Shown: piece by piece, positions 14,791 to 28,471 of the stretch
How the letters are laid out: each line of letters opens with the position of its first letter
Position numbering within the stretch: position 1 is the first letter of the stretch
Assembly: GCF_036321535.1 (NCBI RefSeq)
Contig: NC_087447.1
Location: forward strand, 52,020,001 to 52,084,000
Direction: 5' to 3'
DNA: 64,000 nt
From: Camelus dromedarius
Taxonomy: Eukaryota
Translations under genes and position numbers: made by a program
Notes under the pieces: generated by a model
The model's input: only the letters and a program-made list of their open reading frames with translations
What the model was told of the DNA's origin: nothing
The model's database searches: none

Positions 14791-16851
14791 TTGAAAAAAT
14801 AACAAAATTAAACTTTAAAATGGAGCCATAAACCTACTAAACCAACACAGATATACTTTTGGAAAATGTTAACCATTTACTCCATTTAAAAAATCTGCTA
14901 AATAAAGTTTAGAAAAACAAAGCTGAAGGAAAGATGACTAACAATTTCTTATTGGAGATTAAATCATGCATTAACCTGAAACATGATGTACTGTTATATT
15001 AATAGTCCTAGAACTATTAAACTAGGAACATTTGATTGACATTATCAGAAATACTTCATAACACATTATAAAATATAAAACCTCATAGTCTGCCAATTTT
15101 TTAAGTTCCACTGTGCGCTGTTCTGTGGTTTGCTGCATTTTACTGGGAAAGAGGGACCATATTTAATGCATCAGTGATACTATAACAGAGAAACAAACAC
15201 TTGGTAAATTTATATCTTTCACATATTATGACAGTTCTGAAGGGGAATACACCCTGCCTCTAACTCTACAGATAAAAGAAATGAATAATGAAAGGCTGTT
15301 AAGAAAGGGTACTCAAAACTTGGATAAAACCAAAAGGTAGACAGCATCATCTTCCAAGGTAACAAGGGTAGACAGACCCATTCAAAGGTTATTTGAAGGG
15401 AATGAACTTTGCCCCATTATTCTATTTACTATCAAACTAAATATCCCAGATTAAGTAAAGTTATGTGTTAACTTTTAGATTTTTGTCCAACAGAGGGGCA
15501 AATCATTTCTATCAGGTAGAAGAGAAAATTTCAAAGGTTAGGGTCTACTGGTCTGTAGGACATTAACCTGTTTGTAACCAAACTAGAAACCTTATTTTGA
15601 AATTCCTTTATTAAATTGCCTATGAATACATAGCTCCCTAAATGCTCTTTGAACTGGCCTTACTATTTTACTTACTTCCTCAGTAATTAATGAATTGAAT
15701 AAAATATTTGATACATGTTCACTTTATGTTTGTATGAATCGTGCTTTGAATTTTTTTAAATTTATATTTTGACAGGCATAAGGAACTTTTCATGACATGC
15801 GTGACACATGGCCTTTCCCATGTCATACACAGAGCTCTGCAAATCTTACAATCTCACAGGGCTTATTATGATGACAGTTTTCTGCACAGCATTTTGAAAA
15901 TGTCAGTTATTGGGTTATTGGAGTTACCAAATAATATCTTTCTCAAAGATAAATCAGAAAAGAATCTAAGTAAAATATATATTATTTTCAAGGCCATCTT
16001 TATTCCACCATTGACACTCAGCATCTTGCCAGTAAAGTCAGTAAAAAAATAAACATGAACACTATTCTATTAAATTTCCCCCGAGTTTTTCCACCAATGC
16101 ATTTTAAAGACAATGGGGAATACACAGACTCCCGTTTCACTGGAGCTACTTCCTAAAGAGATTTTTTAAGTCTCAAGCTCTGTATGAGGAAACAAAGGTA
16201 TTTATATCTTTTAGGAGACTCAGTGCTTACTGAGTCAGCATTAACACATTACCCACAAAATCACAGCACACATGATTCAGATAGGACTTTAAAGATTTTC
16301 CTATCCAGTCCCCAAAACAGAAGGAAAATTGAGCTGAAAGGATTATAGTGACTTTCCAGTTCTGAGAGTGGCTCAAATTAGTGTGATCTGACTTATAATA
16401 CTTTCTAATTGGTTACACATCTCTCATATGATTTTGTGGGTTAATTTTCCTCATTTAAACCAATAATCTAAAAAAATTTTCCCCATCTGTTTCAGGTACC
16501 TCTCTTATAATTTCCAGGTGTAAATTATAACTGCCTTTATTTTTATGACACTTGTATTTTGAGACTTAAACAAATGAAAGATTAGTAAAAAGAAAAAAAT
16601 CACAACTTTATATTTTCAGTGCTAAATTTATCACTAAAAACAAAAGTGTCTTAGACTAACGTGATTTTTTTTTAGTAAGAAATCTGATATTTGATATTGT
16701 CAAATTGTCAAGTCTAAATGTACTTTTGGTGAATTCAAGTGGACTAATCAGAAACACTAATTTCAATTTTTAGCACTGGGAAAGGAAATATTATTTCATT
16801 CCTGCCCAGTCCATAATCAGTAGTCCAGTAAGAGAAAAGAAAAATCTGTAC

Positions 16852-16946
16852 CCTGACATCACTTCTAGGTGAAGTTGTCCCGAGACAGTTAAAAATGCAG
16901 GAATGTTGAAGAAATTCTCCTCAGGTACTTTTATTTTGCTTGAAGG
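16852..16946 (-). CDS. NARS2: NARS2 exon 6: [31 protein letters not shown](G)
   Basis: Acceptor tttttcatttgcag|CCT; donor GG|gtacag; 95 nt. FF...[12 protein letters not shown] is an AsnRS signature. The gene continues beyond the window start. Confidence 0.96.
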
Positions 16947-18508
16947 CTGCAAATGAAAAACACAAGCCACAAAAAGCTATTAAATGTTTTGCTCTGCTTT
17001 TCACACTCATGTTTGTGCCAAAACTAAAAAGCATAATGCAACTAAACATATATGAGGTCAGGTCATTCTCATTAAAAAAAAAAAAAAAGGCAGTTCACAT
17101 ACACATTTCAAAGAGAAAATCCCTACTTGGAAAATGTTAAGGTCAAGGAAGTTTGCTCCATATTTTCAAAACATACAACAACCAAAGGACAAAAGTACTT
17201 CTGTCACAAAATAAACTCCTTTCTAAAAACTGATTTTGATTGAGAGGCAAGCTGAAGCAATAAATAGTGAATTAAAAATTTTAAATGTGAGGTATTATAT
17301 AATCTTTTAAAATTCTGACCGATAATTGAGATTTAATTTTCTCAAGGGAATAGCTTGTAAAACATGTGTGTCATATTATTAAACTGTTAATAACAACGCT
17401 TTTAATACAGATTTTAATCAACACATTATAACTTTAAACACGTAATTTCATTTAATCTTTACCACACCTCGAAGATAAGAAAAGCAGGACCCAATCTTTA
17501 AAAGAGACGATGAACAATTCGATTTAAAGATTTTTATGTACTTACAATACAGACAGGGTTTATTCCATTTGAAACTGGTAGGAAACAAGCCAGTCAACAT
17601 TTGTAACAGTTAAGATAAAAACTTGACTTGGACGTCAAACAATTTAAATAGTTTACTTAAGAAAGCTTCTGGATCAAGTTATGATGATTACCCATTTGAG
17701 GGTAGAAAGCTAATTTACCTACTTTTGTATTTCAAATTGTGATCTGAAAATATCTTAGCGTAATGGTGCAGTTACTGTAAAAGCAACAAAGCCAATATAA
17801 AATTTTCAATAGAGGATGTAAGATCCCTTTTAAGAGTCTTAGTACCAACTACTGAATCATAAAAATCATGAAATGAAGGTATCTTATTTTATTCGATCAG
17901 TTGTTCTAAAAATACTGCAAATCATGTACGTGTATGAAATGTGAAATCTAATGTAAAATTACCAACAGAAGTCATTTATTTATTTTATAATTTCCTGTTA
18001 TTTTTAAAACTTACTTTAATCTGGTCTTAAATGTCCTATTATTGCTTTTTAAAAATTAATTTTTGAAACCCAGTATCACTTAAAGGATATTGTTTTCAAG
18101 GACTTAAATACTCAAGGCCAAAATATTTGACCTGTGTTTGGATTTCAAAATAAAAGATATGTTCTCTGTTTCTTTACAATCCAAGTAACTACAGTTCAAG
18201 TAAGTCCCAGTATATTTATAAGAATATTATACTCTTCTCGTCTCCTTCACCTCTTTAGTTTACAATTTGTATTGGTGTTTTGTCCTGACTTCTCTAAAAG
18301 TCACTTCTCTCATTTCCTGTATATATAAAAAAGTCTAATCTTTAGGATGTGATTTTAGTCTCTCATTTATTAGCATTTGTACAAAATGAAATCTGATCTT
18401 ATAACTCTTAAATCTAACTTGTTTAAATAGTTACAAACATACCACTACTTAATTATGTCTTCTAATATCATATGTAAGCATAATTAGTATGATTTCATAC
18501 TAATTTTT

Positions 18509-18643
18509 ATTTGAGTTTTGTAGGGGGTAATTATGGTTGTTTTCTTTTTTTTTTTAATTTATCTTGGTGGAGGTACTGGGGATTGAACCCAGGGCCTCAT
18601 GCATGCTAAGCACGCACTCTACCACTGAGCTATAACCATCCCC
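18509..18643 (-). mobile_element. tRNA-derived SINE (camelid Vic-1-like)
   Basis: Minus strand TATAGCTCAGTGGTAGAG (A box)...GGGTTCAATCCCCAGTACC (B box), A-rich tail; imperfect TSD catacta(a)ttttt at 18496-18508 / 18644-18655. Confidence 0.85.
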
Positions 18644-18814
18644 CATACTATTTTTTAATAAATTACTTCCTTTCAGTTCTCCTTTATATTACAATGAATA
18701 CATTACATTGATTTTTTAAAAACTTCTGTATCTATTAAGTTATATTACCTATAGATTTTATTTCAGGATATTAAAAGGACATTATAAAATATTTCTTTAA
18801 AAAAGTAATTACTG

Positions 18815-19845
18815 AGAGTGATGTCAGCAAAAATGGTGGAATAGGTAGCTCAGAATGCGTATCCCCTCACAGAAAAATTGAAAATGATGAGCAAAAACTG
18901 AGAATCAACTGTGAGAACTCTGGAAAATAGTCAAAGGTTTAAAGTAACCAAACAAATGCTGAAACAACAAAGAGGAAACTTCAAAATGATAGACTCCATC
19001 CAACAACAACAGACTGCACATTCTTTTCAAGTGTATGTGGACCTTGTCCAAGATGGACCATATGCTAGGACATAAAACAAGTCTCAACAAATCAGACAGA
19101 TTATCCTCTTTGACCATAATGAAATGAAACTAAAAATATAAACTGGTACAGTTACTTGGGAAAACATTCTGGCAGTTCCTCAAGAAGATAAAGAATTACA
19201 GGGAGAGGGTAATAGCTCAGAGGGAGAGAGCATGCTTAGTTAGCATGCACAAGGTCCTGGGTTCAGTCCCTAGTACATTCACTTAAAAACAAACAAAAAC
19301 AAAAACACAAACAAAAAAGATAAAGAATTACCAGACATACAGTGTATCAATTCTACTCCTAGGTATGTATCTAAAAGAATTAAAACCAAGTATTAAATAC
19401 TTGCACATTAATGTTCATAATAGCACTATTCACAATAGCCAAAGGTGGAAAAATGGATAAATGGATAAACAAAATGTAATACATATAAACCATGAAATAA
19501 TATTCAGCCATAAGGTGGAATGAATTACTTAAGTATACTAAAACATGGATATAAACCTTGAAAACATTATGCTAAATAAAAGAAAGACATAAAAGGTCAC
19601 ATATTGTATGACCCCATTTATATGAAATATCTAGAACAGGTAAATTCCTAGAGACTGAATGGTGAGAGCCACGGTCTGGGAAGAAGGGAAATGGGAAGGA
19701 ACCACTTAATGGATAACAAAAATGTTTTGTAACTTGCTAGAGGTAGTAGTCACATAATACTGTAAATGTACTAAATGCCACTGAAATGTACCCTTTAAAG
19801 GGGTTAATTTTATGTTGTATGAATTTCACCTCAATTTTAAAAAAG
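18815..19845 (+). mobile_element. L1 fragments (5'/ORF2 pieces and L1MB-like 3' end)
   Basis: gaccatatgctaggacataaaacaagtctcaacaaa (endonuclease region); gcactattcacaatagccaaagg; ctaaatgccactgaa. Confidence 0.8.
19200..19316 (+). mobile_element. tRNA-derived SINE (Vic-1-like) inserted in an L1
   Basis: tagctcag...gcatgcacaaggtcctgggttcagtccc; perfect 15-bp TSD aagataaagaattac at 19185-19199 / 19317-19331. Confidence 0.88.
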
Positions 19846-20409
19846 CATTCATAAGCAAGTAACTACTGGACCTGACAGAGTCAAAAACTACTAACATGTG
19901 ATTATAGCTTTAAGATTTGCAATCTTAAATACTCTGTTAGTAATGAAAAAATAAAAATACATGAATTAAGTATCTGACTTTGTGACTTTGGGTAAATTTA
20001 ACAAGATCCTCAAATTGCAATAAATTGAAAAACTGACAAAAATGACTACATTAAAATTAAGGATTTCTATTTAATAAAGGAAGATATAGTCAGTTAGCAG
20101 AACAACAGATTAAGAATAAAATATCTTCAATATCTAAAACTGACAAATGACTAATGGACAGAAAATATAAGGACCTCCTGTGGAGAAAATAAGAGAAAAT
20201 AGCTGCTCCCCCCACTGGACAAGGGATATGAAAAGCAGATCTACAGAAAGGAAAAGTCAAATGGTTAAGACGTATGAAGAAACACTCAAACTCACTACAA
20301 ATTTAGAGAAACACAAATTAAAACAAGGCATTTAAAGCATTCATTACATGTATCAGATTGACAAAGATTAGAAAGTTGTAAAATATCAAGTGTAGAGGCA
20401 GATTCAGGA

Positions 20410-20979
20410 TGTGGTAGGCAGATTTCTAAGATGCGTCCCAAGATTATCAGCCCTTAGTTTATTGAACCACTAAGCTAGGCACTAATGTGAAAGGATTTTA
20501 CAAATTTAGTTAAATTTTAAATCAGATTCAGAGATTTTCTGAGTGTTCCTGACCTAATCACATGAGCTCTTTCGAAGTAGGAAAGTTTTCTACAGCTGCA
20601 GAAGAGGAAGTCAGAGATCTGAAGTACAGAAGGATTTGACATGCTGTTGCTGGCTTGAAGATGGAAAAGGACACGTGGAAAGGGACTTAGAGCAGTCTCT
20701 AGGAGCTGAGAGCAACCTGGCCAGCAACCAGCAACAAAACGGGAACTTCAGTCCTACAACCACAAAGAACTAAATTCTGCTAACAGCAAGAAAGAGTTTG
20801 GAAGAGAACCTCAAGCTCTGGATGAGAACATAGAGAGCTCAGAGAGCTGACACACTGGTTTCAGGCTTGTGAGACTCTCAGTAGAGAGATCTCACTCATA
20901 CCATCCTGGACTACAGACCTACAGAGCTGTGAGTGTTGTTTTAAGTCACTAAGTCGCAAAGCAATGGAAAACTGATTCA
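20410..20979 (+). mobile_element. MaLR solo LTR (MLT1-like) nested in an old L1 (about 20020-21470)
   Basis: TG...CA ends, gctggcttgaagatgga and cagtcctacaaccacaaagaactaaattctgc; near-TSD cagga/caggg. Confidence 0.8.
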
Positions 20980-21529
20980 CAGGGAAACAGGAACTCTCAA
21001 GTAATGCCAGTATAATGTAAACTGGTACTGCTATTCTGCATAACTTAGTGAAGTTAAGAATGTATATATCCTATGATCAAGGAATTGCACTCCTGGATAT
21101 AAATTCTAGAGAAATTTTCATACAACTCCATTAGGGAATGTGTATAAGACTTTTTTTTTTCCCCTGGGTGGAACTTAGAATTGAAAACAACCTAAGGGTC
21201 CACCGCTAGAAGAACGGGCACGTAAAATGTAGCAGACAAATATCACTGAATATTTTGTAGCAATGAAAAGCAACAAACAAAGGTACCTATAGCAACATGG
21301 ACAGAATTTCAAAACAAACAGTTCAATAGAAAAAGGTAGGAAATAGAGTAAGATACAAAATGCATTATCATTAATGTAAATTAAAAACATACACAAAAGA
21401 TCACACATATTTTATGAGGCTATATACATAATAAAAGATACATCAAAGATATTAAAGTGAGTGCCTCCAAGAGGGAGAAGAGTAGAAGAATGGAAGTGGG
21501 GATTGGGATAAAGGGGGAAAAAAACGGGG

Positions 21530-22215
21530 GTGTGCTATGCTGGATGGTGTTTTGTTAACTTGGCATTACTGTTCCCATTTAAACTGAGGACTATGTTTCC
21601 TAGAATCCCCTTTCCTGCATGGTTCCAGGTTATAGTTGGCTATCTACTGTTGGAGAAGAATGTGCATAAGATTTGAGAGGAGAAAATGCAATTTAAGTCA
21701 TTACTCTCAGAAGACTGGCAGTCCGACAACAGTGACACACACTACTATCGGTGACTGGTGATCTCTAGTTTCTAGCTTGTCCTCACTACTACTGACCAAT
21801 GGCAACTACCAAATGCTGGACTGCAGTTAGTTCAGATTAAGGTTAACTGCATTAATGGCTCCAGCTTGTCACGCCTCTCTATCTCAGTACCTCTTGGCAT
21901 ATCACATGCCACCCTGAGCTTGGCCACGTGACTTCTTTTGGTCAATGGTATGGTAACAGAATTGACAAAAATAGTGCCTTGAAAACATGTTTGTGCATTT
22001 CATATTCTTTCTTAGACCTATGCCACCAAAGAGATCACACAGAGGAATGTGAGAGACATGAGGAGAAGAGATGGGTAATCTCACATGAGGCAATCCTAGA
22101 CCAGCCAGCTCCCAGCCAACCCATCAGCTGACTATGCTCAATCCAGATCAGAACCACTCAAGTGACCTGTAGATTCATGGGAAAGAATGGTTTTGTTACA
22201 CAGTGATAGGATACA
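21530..22215. mobile_element. Old ERVL/MaLR LTR fragments (LTR33-like and MLT1-like)
   Basis: gactatgtttcctagaatcccctttcctgcatggttccagg; ttggccacgtgacttcttttggtcaatgg. Confidence 0.55.
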
Positions 22216-23438
22216 AGGTCCCTGCAAAGACCAGTAATAACAGTATGCTGTGAATGAAAATTATGTTTAACTAAATTCTATATTCCTCAGGTTAAAAAAA
22301 TAGCCATTCAGGTACACATACTTCTACAAAAACAATTGTAGCCAATATGCACTGAGCACTTATTGTGCGCCATATACTGTGCTTGGGATTTTATAAGCAA
22401 TCCAATTAAGTACTAGTATGGCCATTTACAGAGGAGAAAACTGAATACAGAGGTTAATAATTTAACTTGTCTAATGTGATGAAGAACATGAACCAAGGTG
22501 GCTGGGCTCCAGAATCTCTACTGTCAACCACACACTATTTCCAGGATTCACAAGAAATACTTAACATTGGTTGATTCTGGGGAAGGAAACTGGATCACTG
22601 GGGAACAAGGCATGATGGGATCCTCCTGCACCTGAACTATAAGCTACATTACCTGTTCAAAAAACAAATCTGAAATAACATATTTCTAAAAAAGTGGGAC
22701 TCTGAGGTATTATCAGCAAGTACTCAAAGTAAAAAGTACACCGGTTTTATTCCCTACGTATTCTTTATCACATAGATACTAACGATTTAACTTTTGTCCT
22801 ATAGTGGTATGGATCACTTTGATAAACACCAATAATACAAAACCAAGAACAAAGTATGGAACAAAGGCAAATACCAGGAGGAATATAGGAGGTTAGTAAA
22901 GTCTAACACTGCACTACTTATAATGAAAACAGAGGTGGGGCAGGCCAAAAGAAGAGAAGGCTGAACAATACTGAGTTCTTTAAGTAGGAATTGAGTTCAT
23001 ACATCTGGGTATGCTAAGCACCTAGCAAACTGCCAGAGACAAGTATTGTTCCATAAATGCTTGTTGACCAAAAGAGTGATGTCAAGCATGAGTGAGGGGA
23101 TAAGAAATAAGAAAAAGCAAAGAAAGTACAAAAAGTGTATGCAGCATACTGAGCTGTGAGAGCTTCTAGCAAAATGTTGTGATGTTACTGGCCTAAATGA
23201 TGCCTTTAGTGCCCTGTTTATTTTCAAACACAGGCAGTATTATGGAAAGAAGTTTCTTGTACTAACTTTTATAACTATATTGCTTATAATTATTACTTTC
23301 CTAGCAGAATTTTAAGTAGGTGTTTACTGTGGTTTTCCTTTAAAATCAGTATCATCTTAACACTTATAAGAATCTGAAAAAATGCAAAAGGTAGAGAATG
23401 TGTTTTCAATACATAGTTGTAAGTTTAAAGTAGCTTAG

Positions 23439-23554
23439 TTGAGATGGGTAGCTCAGTGGTAGAGTGCATGCATGAGGTCATGGGTTCCATCCCCAGTACC
23501 TCTGTTACAAATAAATACATACGTAATTACCTCCCCGACAGTGGAAAAAAAAAA
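23439..23554 (+). mobile_element. tRNA-derived SINE (Vic-1-like)
   Basis: tagctcagtggtagagtgcatg...gggttccatccccagtacc; perfect 14-bp TSD ttaaagtagcttag at 23425-23438 / 23555-23568. Confidence 0.88.
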
Positions 23555-24269
23555 TTAAAGTAGCTTAGAGGAAATTTTTAATTTTCTTCAGAGACACAAA
23601 CTGTGACTAAAATTCTACTTCTCTCTTATCCACTCCCACTCACAAACATAATTTGTAGATATCCTATATAATTAAATACCACTTTTAGCTAAATATAAAG
23701 GACATATCTCATCTCCTCTATCTTCCAAACACCAAATTCCTAATTCTGACACCCATCAAACAGAAAGATTTAGATAAGACAGTATCATCAATATAATCTC
23801 ATCATGGGGGGAAAATAAAAGCTCTTCAGTTTCATCTTTTTCAGCTTTCTCAAAAATGTGCCTCACTTAGTTCCAAAGGAGTGTCTCTCCGTATGTTCTC
23901 TCATACACCTTCTGCTCTCTAACAAATCACCCCGAGTTGTTCCCTCTAGGACAGTTTATTTCCTTCTCTCTTTATGCTTGCAAGTCTCAAAATGACCCAA
24001 ACCTGCTCAAGCATTATGAGAGTTATAAGTTTTCAAGTAAAAGTTCCTGAAGAAAAACACTGAGCTGGTAATAGCACTTGGTTGTTTATAGCATTATTCT
24101 CTGTAGATGTGGGATGTACCATCACTCTAAGAATCACAGAAACTACCACAGATGTGTTGGAAGTGCTAGAAATTACCATAGCATTATTATCCCAAAATTC
24201 CCTGGGGAAAAAAACATATATTCATATCATACTATCTACCGCAATGTAAATAAAAATTCTGCAACTTAT

Positions 24270-24751
24270 TTGGTCCCCAATGATCTGACTTACAGTTTTT
24301 TGACTTTACTATGGTGCAAAAGCCATACACATTCAGTAGAAACTACTGTACTCAAAAATCCAGATTTTGACCTTTTCCCAGTTAGTGCCATGCGGTACTG
24401 TGCTCGTGATGTTCAGCAGCGGCAGCCACGGCGGCCTCCAGTGAGCCACGCGATCATGAAGGTAAGCCGCTGATCCATTCACAACCATTCTGCACCTACA
24501 CAACCATTCCGTTTTTCACTTTCAGTACAGTATTCAACAAATTACATGAGATATTCGACACTCCATTATAAAACAGGCTTTGTGTTAGATGATTTTGCCA
24601 AACTGTAGGTTAAGTATCCTGAGTACATTTAAGGTAGGTGAAGCTAAGCTATGATGTTTGCTAAGTCAGGCGTATTAATGCGACTTAATGAAATTTCTTC
24701 CATTTACAATGGGTTTATTGTGACTTAGCCCCATTATAAGAGGAAGATCTG
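24270..24751. mobile_element. MER47/Tigger5-like DNA transposon relic
   Basis: ttttcactttcagtacagtattca...gctaagctatgatgttt...gggtttat...ctg followed by TA; explains part of ORF 24078..24473. Confidence 0.8.
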
Positions 24752-25529
24752 TATAAGGACCTCAAGCTAACCTAGCACTTCAGTGGTTTGAGATACTATC
24801 TTTAAGTATTTCCACACGAACTTGGGTATATTTTTGAGCCTTCAGTTTTATGCCGCTCATTTATTTGTGTACTGATAACAAACTATTTTAATTTAGAGAC
24901 TTTATAGCATATTTTAATTCCTGTTTATCCAAGCATTTTTGATCACTGTATTCCTTACCATTAACATGAATGGAAACTTTTCCAACATCTCTCCACTGAG
25001 AAATACCTTTCTGTCTCATCTCAAATATAGGTATCTCCTGTATATTCAGGTCCTACTTCAATTCGTTTTTCAAATGAACAAGTACAGTGACTACTACGTG
25101 CCAGGTACTAGGCTAAATGCAGGGATATAGAAATGAATAAGAGACAAGGTCTCTGAGGAACTCCAATACTTTTTAATTTCATGGGTCTACACTGTGAAAC
25201 AAAAGTTATTTCATATGAAGCTCTGATCTTCAGTTTTGGGAACCTGAGAATATGTGTGAAGGAGGTTACACTGACAAAGTCCTAATTAATTCACTAATTC
25301 ATCAGTTGGTCTGTTAACAGCCTGAAGGAACTTACAGAACTTTCCCCAAGTTTCCTACTCCTTTAGGTGTACCAACTGGCTTACAGATTGTTAAAAAAAA
25401 AAAAAATTCCCCAAAACAATAAAACTAACTGCTGCTCGTTTGCTGAAGGTGGAGGTACAAACAATGTGATCCATAGAAAAAGACTCATGAGCAATACCCC
25501 AGCTAAGGAAGCTGAAAAGCCAGTTAATA

Positions 25530-26645
25530 CCACACACATCTATTAGACTGGCCAAAATCCAGAACACTGACAACACCAAATGCTGACAAGGATATGGAGC
25601 AAAAGCAACTCTCATTCACTGCTGGTGGGAACACGAAATGGCTCAGGCACTCTGGCAGTTTCTTACTAAACTAAACATACTCTTGCATTATGATCCAGCA
25701 AATGCATTCCTTGGTATTTACCCAAAGGAATTGAAAACTTATGTTCACTTAAAAACCTGCACACACATGTTTACAGCAGCTTTATTCATAATTGCCAAAA
25801 CTTGGATGCAACTAAGATGTCCTTCAGTAGGTGAATACATAAATGAACTGTGATAAATCAAGACAACGGAATATTATTCAGTGCTAAAAAGAAATAAGCT
25901 AGAAAGCCATGAAAAGACATGGAAGAAACAAATGCATATTACTAAGTGAAAGAAGCCAACAATCTCACATCTGGGTCTATATCCAAAGGAAACAAAATCA
26001 TTATCTTGAAGAGATATCTGTATTCTCATGTTGATAAAAGCATTATTCACAATAACCAAGGTATGGAAACAACCTAAGTGTCAGCAGACGTACAGAAGAA
26101 AATGTGACATACACACATACACACAGATGCACAGAGGATTTAATCAGTCTTAAAGAAGGAAATCCTCTTATTTATAACAACATGAATGAACCTTCAAGGC
26201 ATCATGCTAAGTGAAATGAGCTGGACAAAGAAAGCCAAATACCTTATGGTGTTACTTACATGTGGAATCTTTTTTTTCTTTTTTTTAAGTCAAACTCATA
26301 GAAACTGAGAGCAGGAAAGTTGTTGCCAGGAACCAGGGGGTGGGGGAAATAGGAAGAGGTCGGTAAAAGAGCACAAACTTTCAGTTATAAGATGAATAAG
26401 GTCTGGGGATCTAATGTACACATGATGACTATCGTTGATAAACACCATACTGTATAAGAGAAATTTGCTTCGAGTAGAATTTAAGTTTTCTCCCCTCCAC
26501 AAAAAAGGTAAATTTGTGAAGTGATGGACATATTAATTAATTCAACGAGAGGAATCCTTTCATAATATGTAAGTATATCAAATCACCATACTGTAAAATT
26601 TAAACATCATTTTTGTCAATTATATCCATTAAAGCTGGGGGGAAA
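25530..26645 (+). mobile_element. L1 ORF2 end / 3' UTR fragments (two subfamilies)
   Basis: ORF 25638..25853 (YDPANAFLGIYPKELKTYVHLKTCTHMFTAALFIIAKTW) is L1 ORF2 C-terminal sequence. Confidence 0.85.
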
Positions 26646-27059
26646 ACTTTATATCAGTTTTCCGTTTCTGTCTTAATATAAAAAGTGGTCATATAGTATG
26701 TTTGACTTCATTCACTCAAAATTGTAGATGTGACTTATCCATGTTGTTATCTGTTACTGTAGTTCATTCATTTTGATTCCTGGAGTGTATTCCATTGTAT
26801 GAATTTATTACTACATATCTGTTCTGTAGTTTATAGATATTCATGTTGTTTCCAGCTTGAAACTAATATGAATAATGCTGCTATGTACATTTTTGTACAT
26901 TATCTAGTGTTATGTGATTGTATGGAATAGAATTGTTGAGTCATTGGGTACGCATATTTCTGACATTAGTAGATTATGCCAAACTGTTATCCAAAGTAGT
27001 TATACCAATGTCCTTTGCCACCAGCAGTATATACGATTTCACACTGCATTATATCTAAA

Positions 27060-28471
27060 TAGTGATTCTCAATGTGTGGTTTGTGGTTACCTGAGGTTTC
27101 CCAAGATCCTTTCAGGGGGTTCATCAGGTCAAAACTACTTTCATAGTAATAGTAATAAGTTATTTGTCTTTTTCACTGTGTTGAAATTTACACTGACGGT
27201 ACAACAGCAGTGGGTAAAACTGCTGGTGTCTCAGTTCAAATCATGGCAGTGGGATGAACTGTTTTATAGTCACTGTATGTATTCTCCACCACCATGTGCT
27301 CACAACAGGAAAAGTCAGTTTCACTAAAGAATGTCTTTTAAGAAGCTGTTTCAGTGGCTGATTTTGTTAAATCCTGATCCTTAGTACATGCCTTTATAAT
27401 ATTTGGTGTGACAGAACAGGAAGAACACGTAAAGCACTTATGTGACTGTGCTGAGAGCTAAGCAAGCTGCTGTATGTCATGGAACACCACTTTTCACTGC
27501 AGAGTGCCTGACGTCGTTATTCAGCCTTGAATATTAGGCTGATGTTTTCTCAAAAGTGAATAAAGGGAGCCTATTGCCATGAGGAAAACAACTGATATTT
27601 TTTTACCAATGATAAAGTTTGAGATTTGAAGCAAAAATTGAGATTTTGAAAAATGTGGAACTGCCACTGTGAACTTGATAGCTTCCCAATCTTTAAAGAC
27701 TTTTATGATGAGATTGAGGGTGATATTAATGAATATAAATGCTGACATTTAAAAGATCTGCATAACTCAGAAAATCAGTATTTCCCAAATAACAATGTAT
27801 GATGCTACAAAACTACATGTGGGTTAAAGACCTACTCTAATTGTAAGTTAAACCAAATGATTTTAATGTAAAGGGTATGAAAGTATGAAAATATATTTGT
27901 TATAATATGAACTGGAAAGAGTATTCCAGGCATAGCAACAGTCAGTAGAAAGATCAGTACATTATAATTGAATATAGATTCCACATTGTAACTAATCTTT
28001 AACAAACTACCATTTATTGAGTTGCGGTAGAGTATCAAAGAAGAACAGCCACAATCATCTGACAAAGCTATTAGAACACTGCTTTTTCCAACTACATATC
28101 TATATAAGGCCAGATTTTCTTAATACACTTCAGTCAAAACAACGTATTGCAACAGACTGAATGCAGATACAAATAAGAGAATCCAGATGTCTTATCCTAA
28201 TCAGACTTTAATGAAATGCACACATATATAATACCACTCTTTAAATTCTTTTTGTTTTAGAAAACATATGTATTTTCCACAGAAATATTTTATATATGCT
28301 AAAATATAATGAATTAATTACAGTTAATTTTAGGTGAAGTAATAAATATTTAAAATTCTCCTCAGCTTTGATTTCTAATGTGGTGAAGATCAACAGACTA
28401 CGACTCACGTAAACAAAACCTCTTCAGGGTCCTCCATAACTTTTCAGTGTAAAGGGTCTGGGGAACGGCTG
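27060..28471. mobile_element. Charlie1-like hAT DNA transposon relic
   Basis: Terminus tagtgattctcaa...gggaacggctg; internal aggtcaaaactactttcata and tttccaactacatatctatataaggccagattttct (degenerate hAT transposase C-terminus). Confidence 0.8.

Noticed and set aside
1..16851. NARS2 exon 7 (motif 2, FGPTFRAENS)
   Set aside because: Not found by eye in this interval; presumably outside the window.
18565..18643. tRNA-Ala-like gene
   Set aside because: It has A and B boxes but also an A-rich tail, a TSD and two sibling copies, so it is a SINE.
13420..25960. Similar segments at about 13420-13600 and 25780-25960 as a segmental duplication
   Set aside because: Both are copies of the same L1 3' region and the flanks are unrelated.
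27060..28471. Functional or domesticated hAT transposase
   Set aside because: Internally deleted and without a long ORF.
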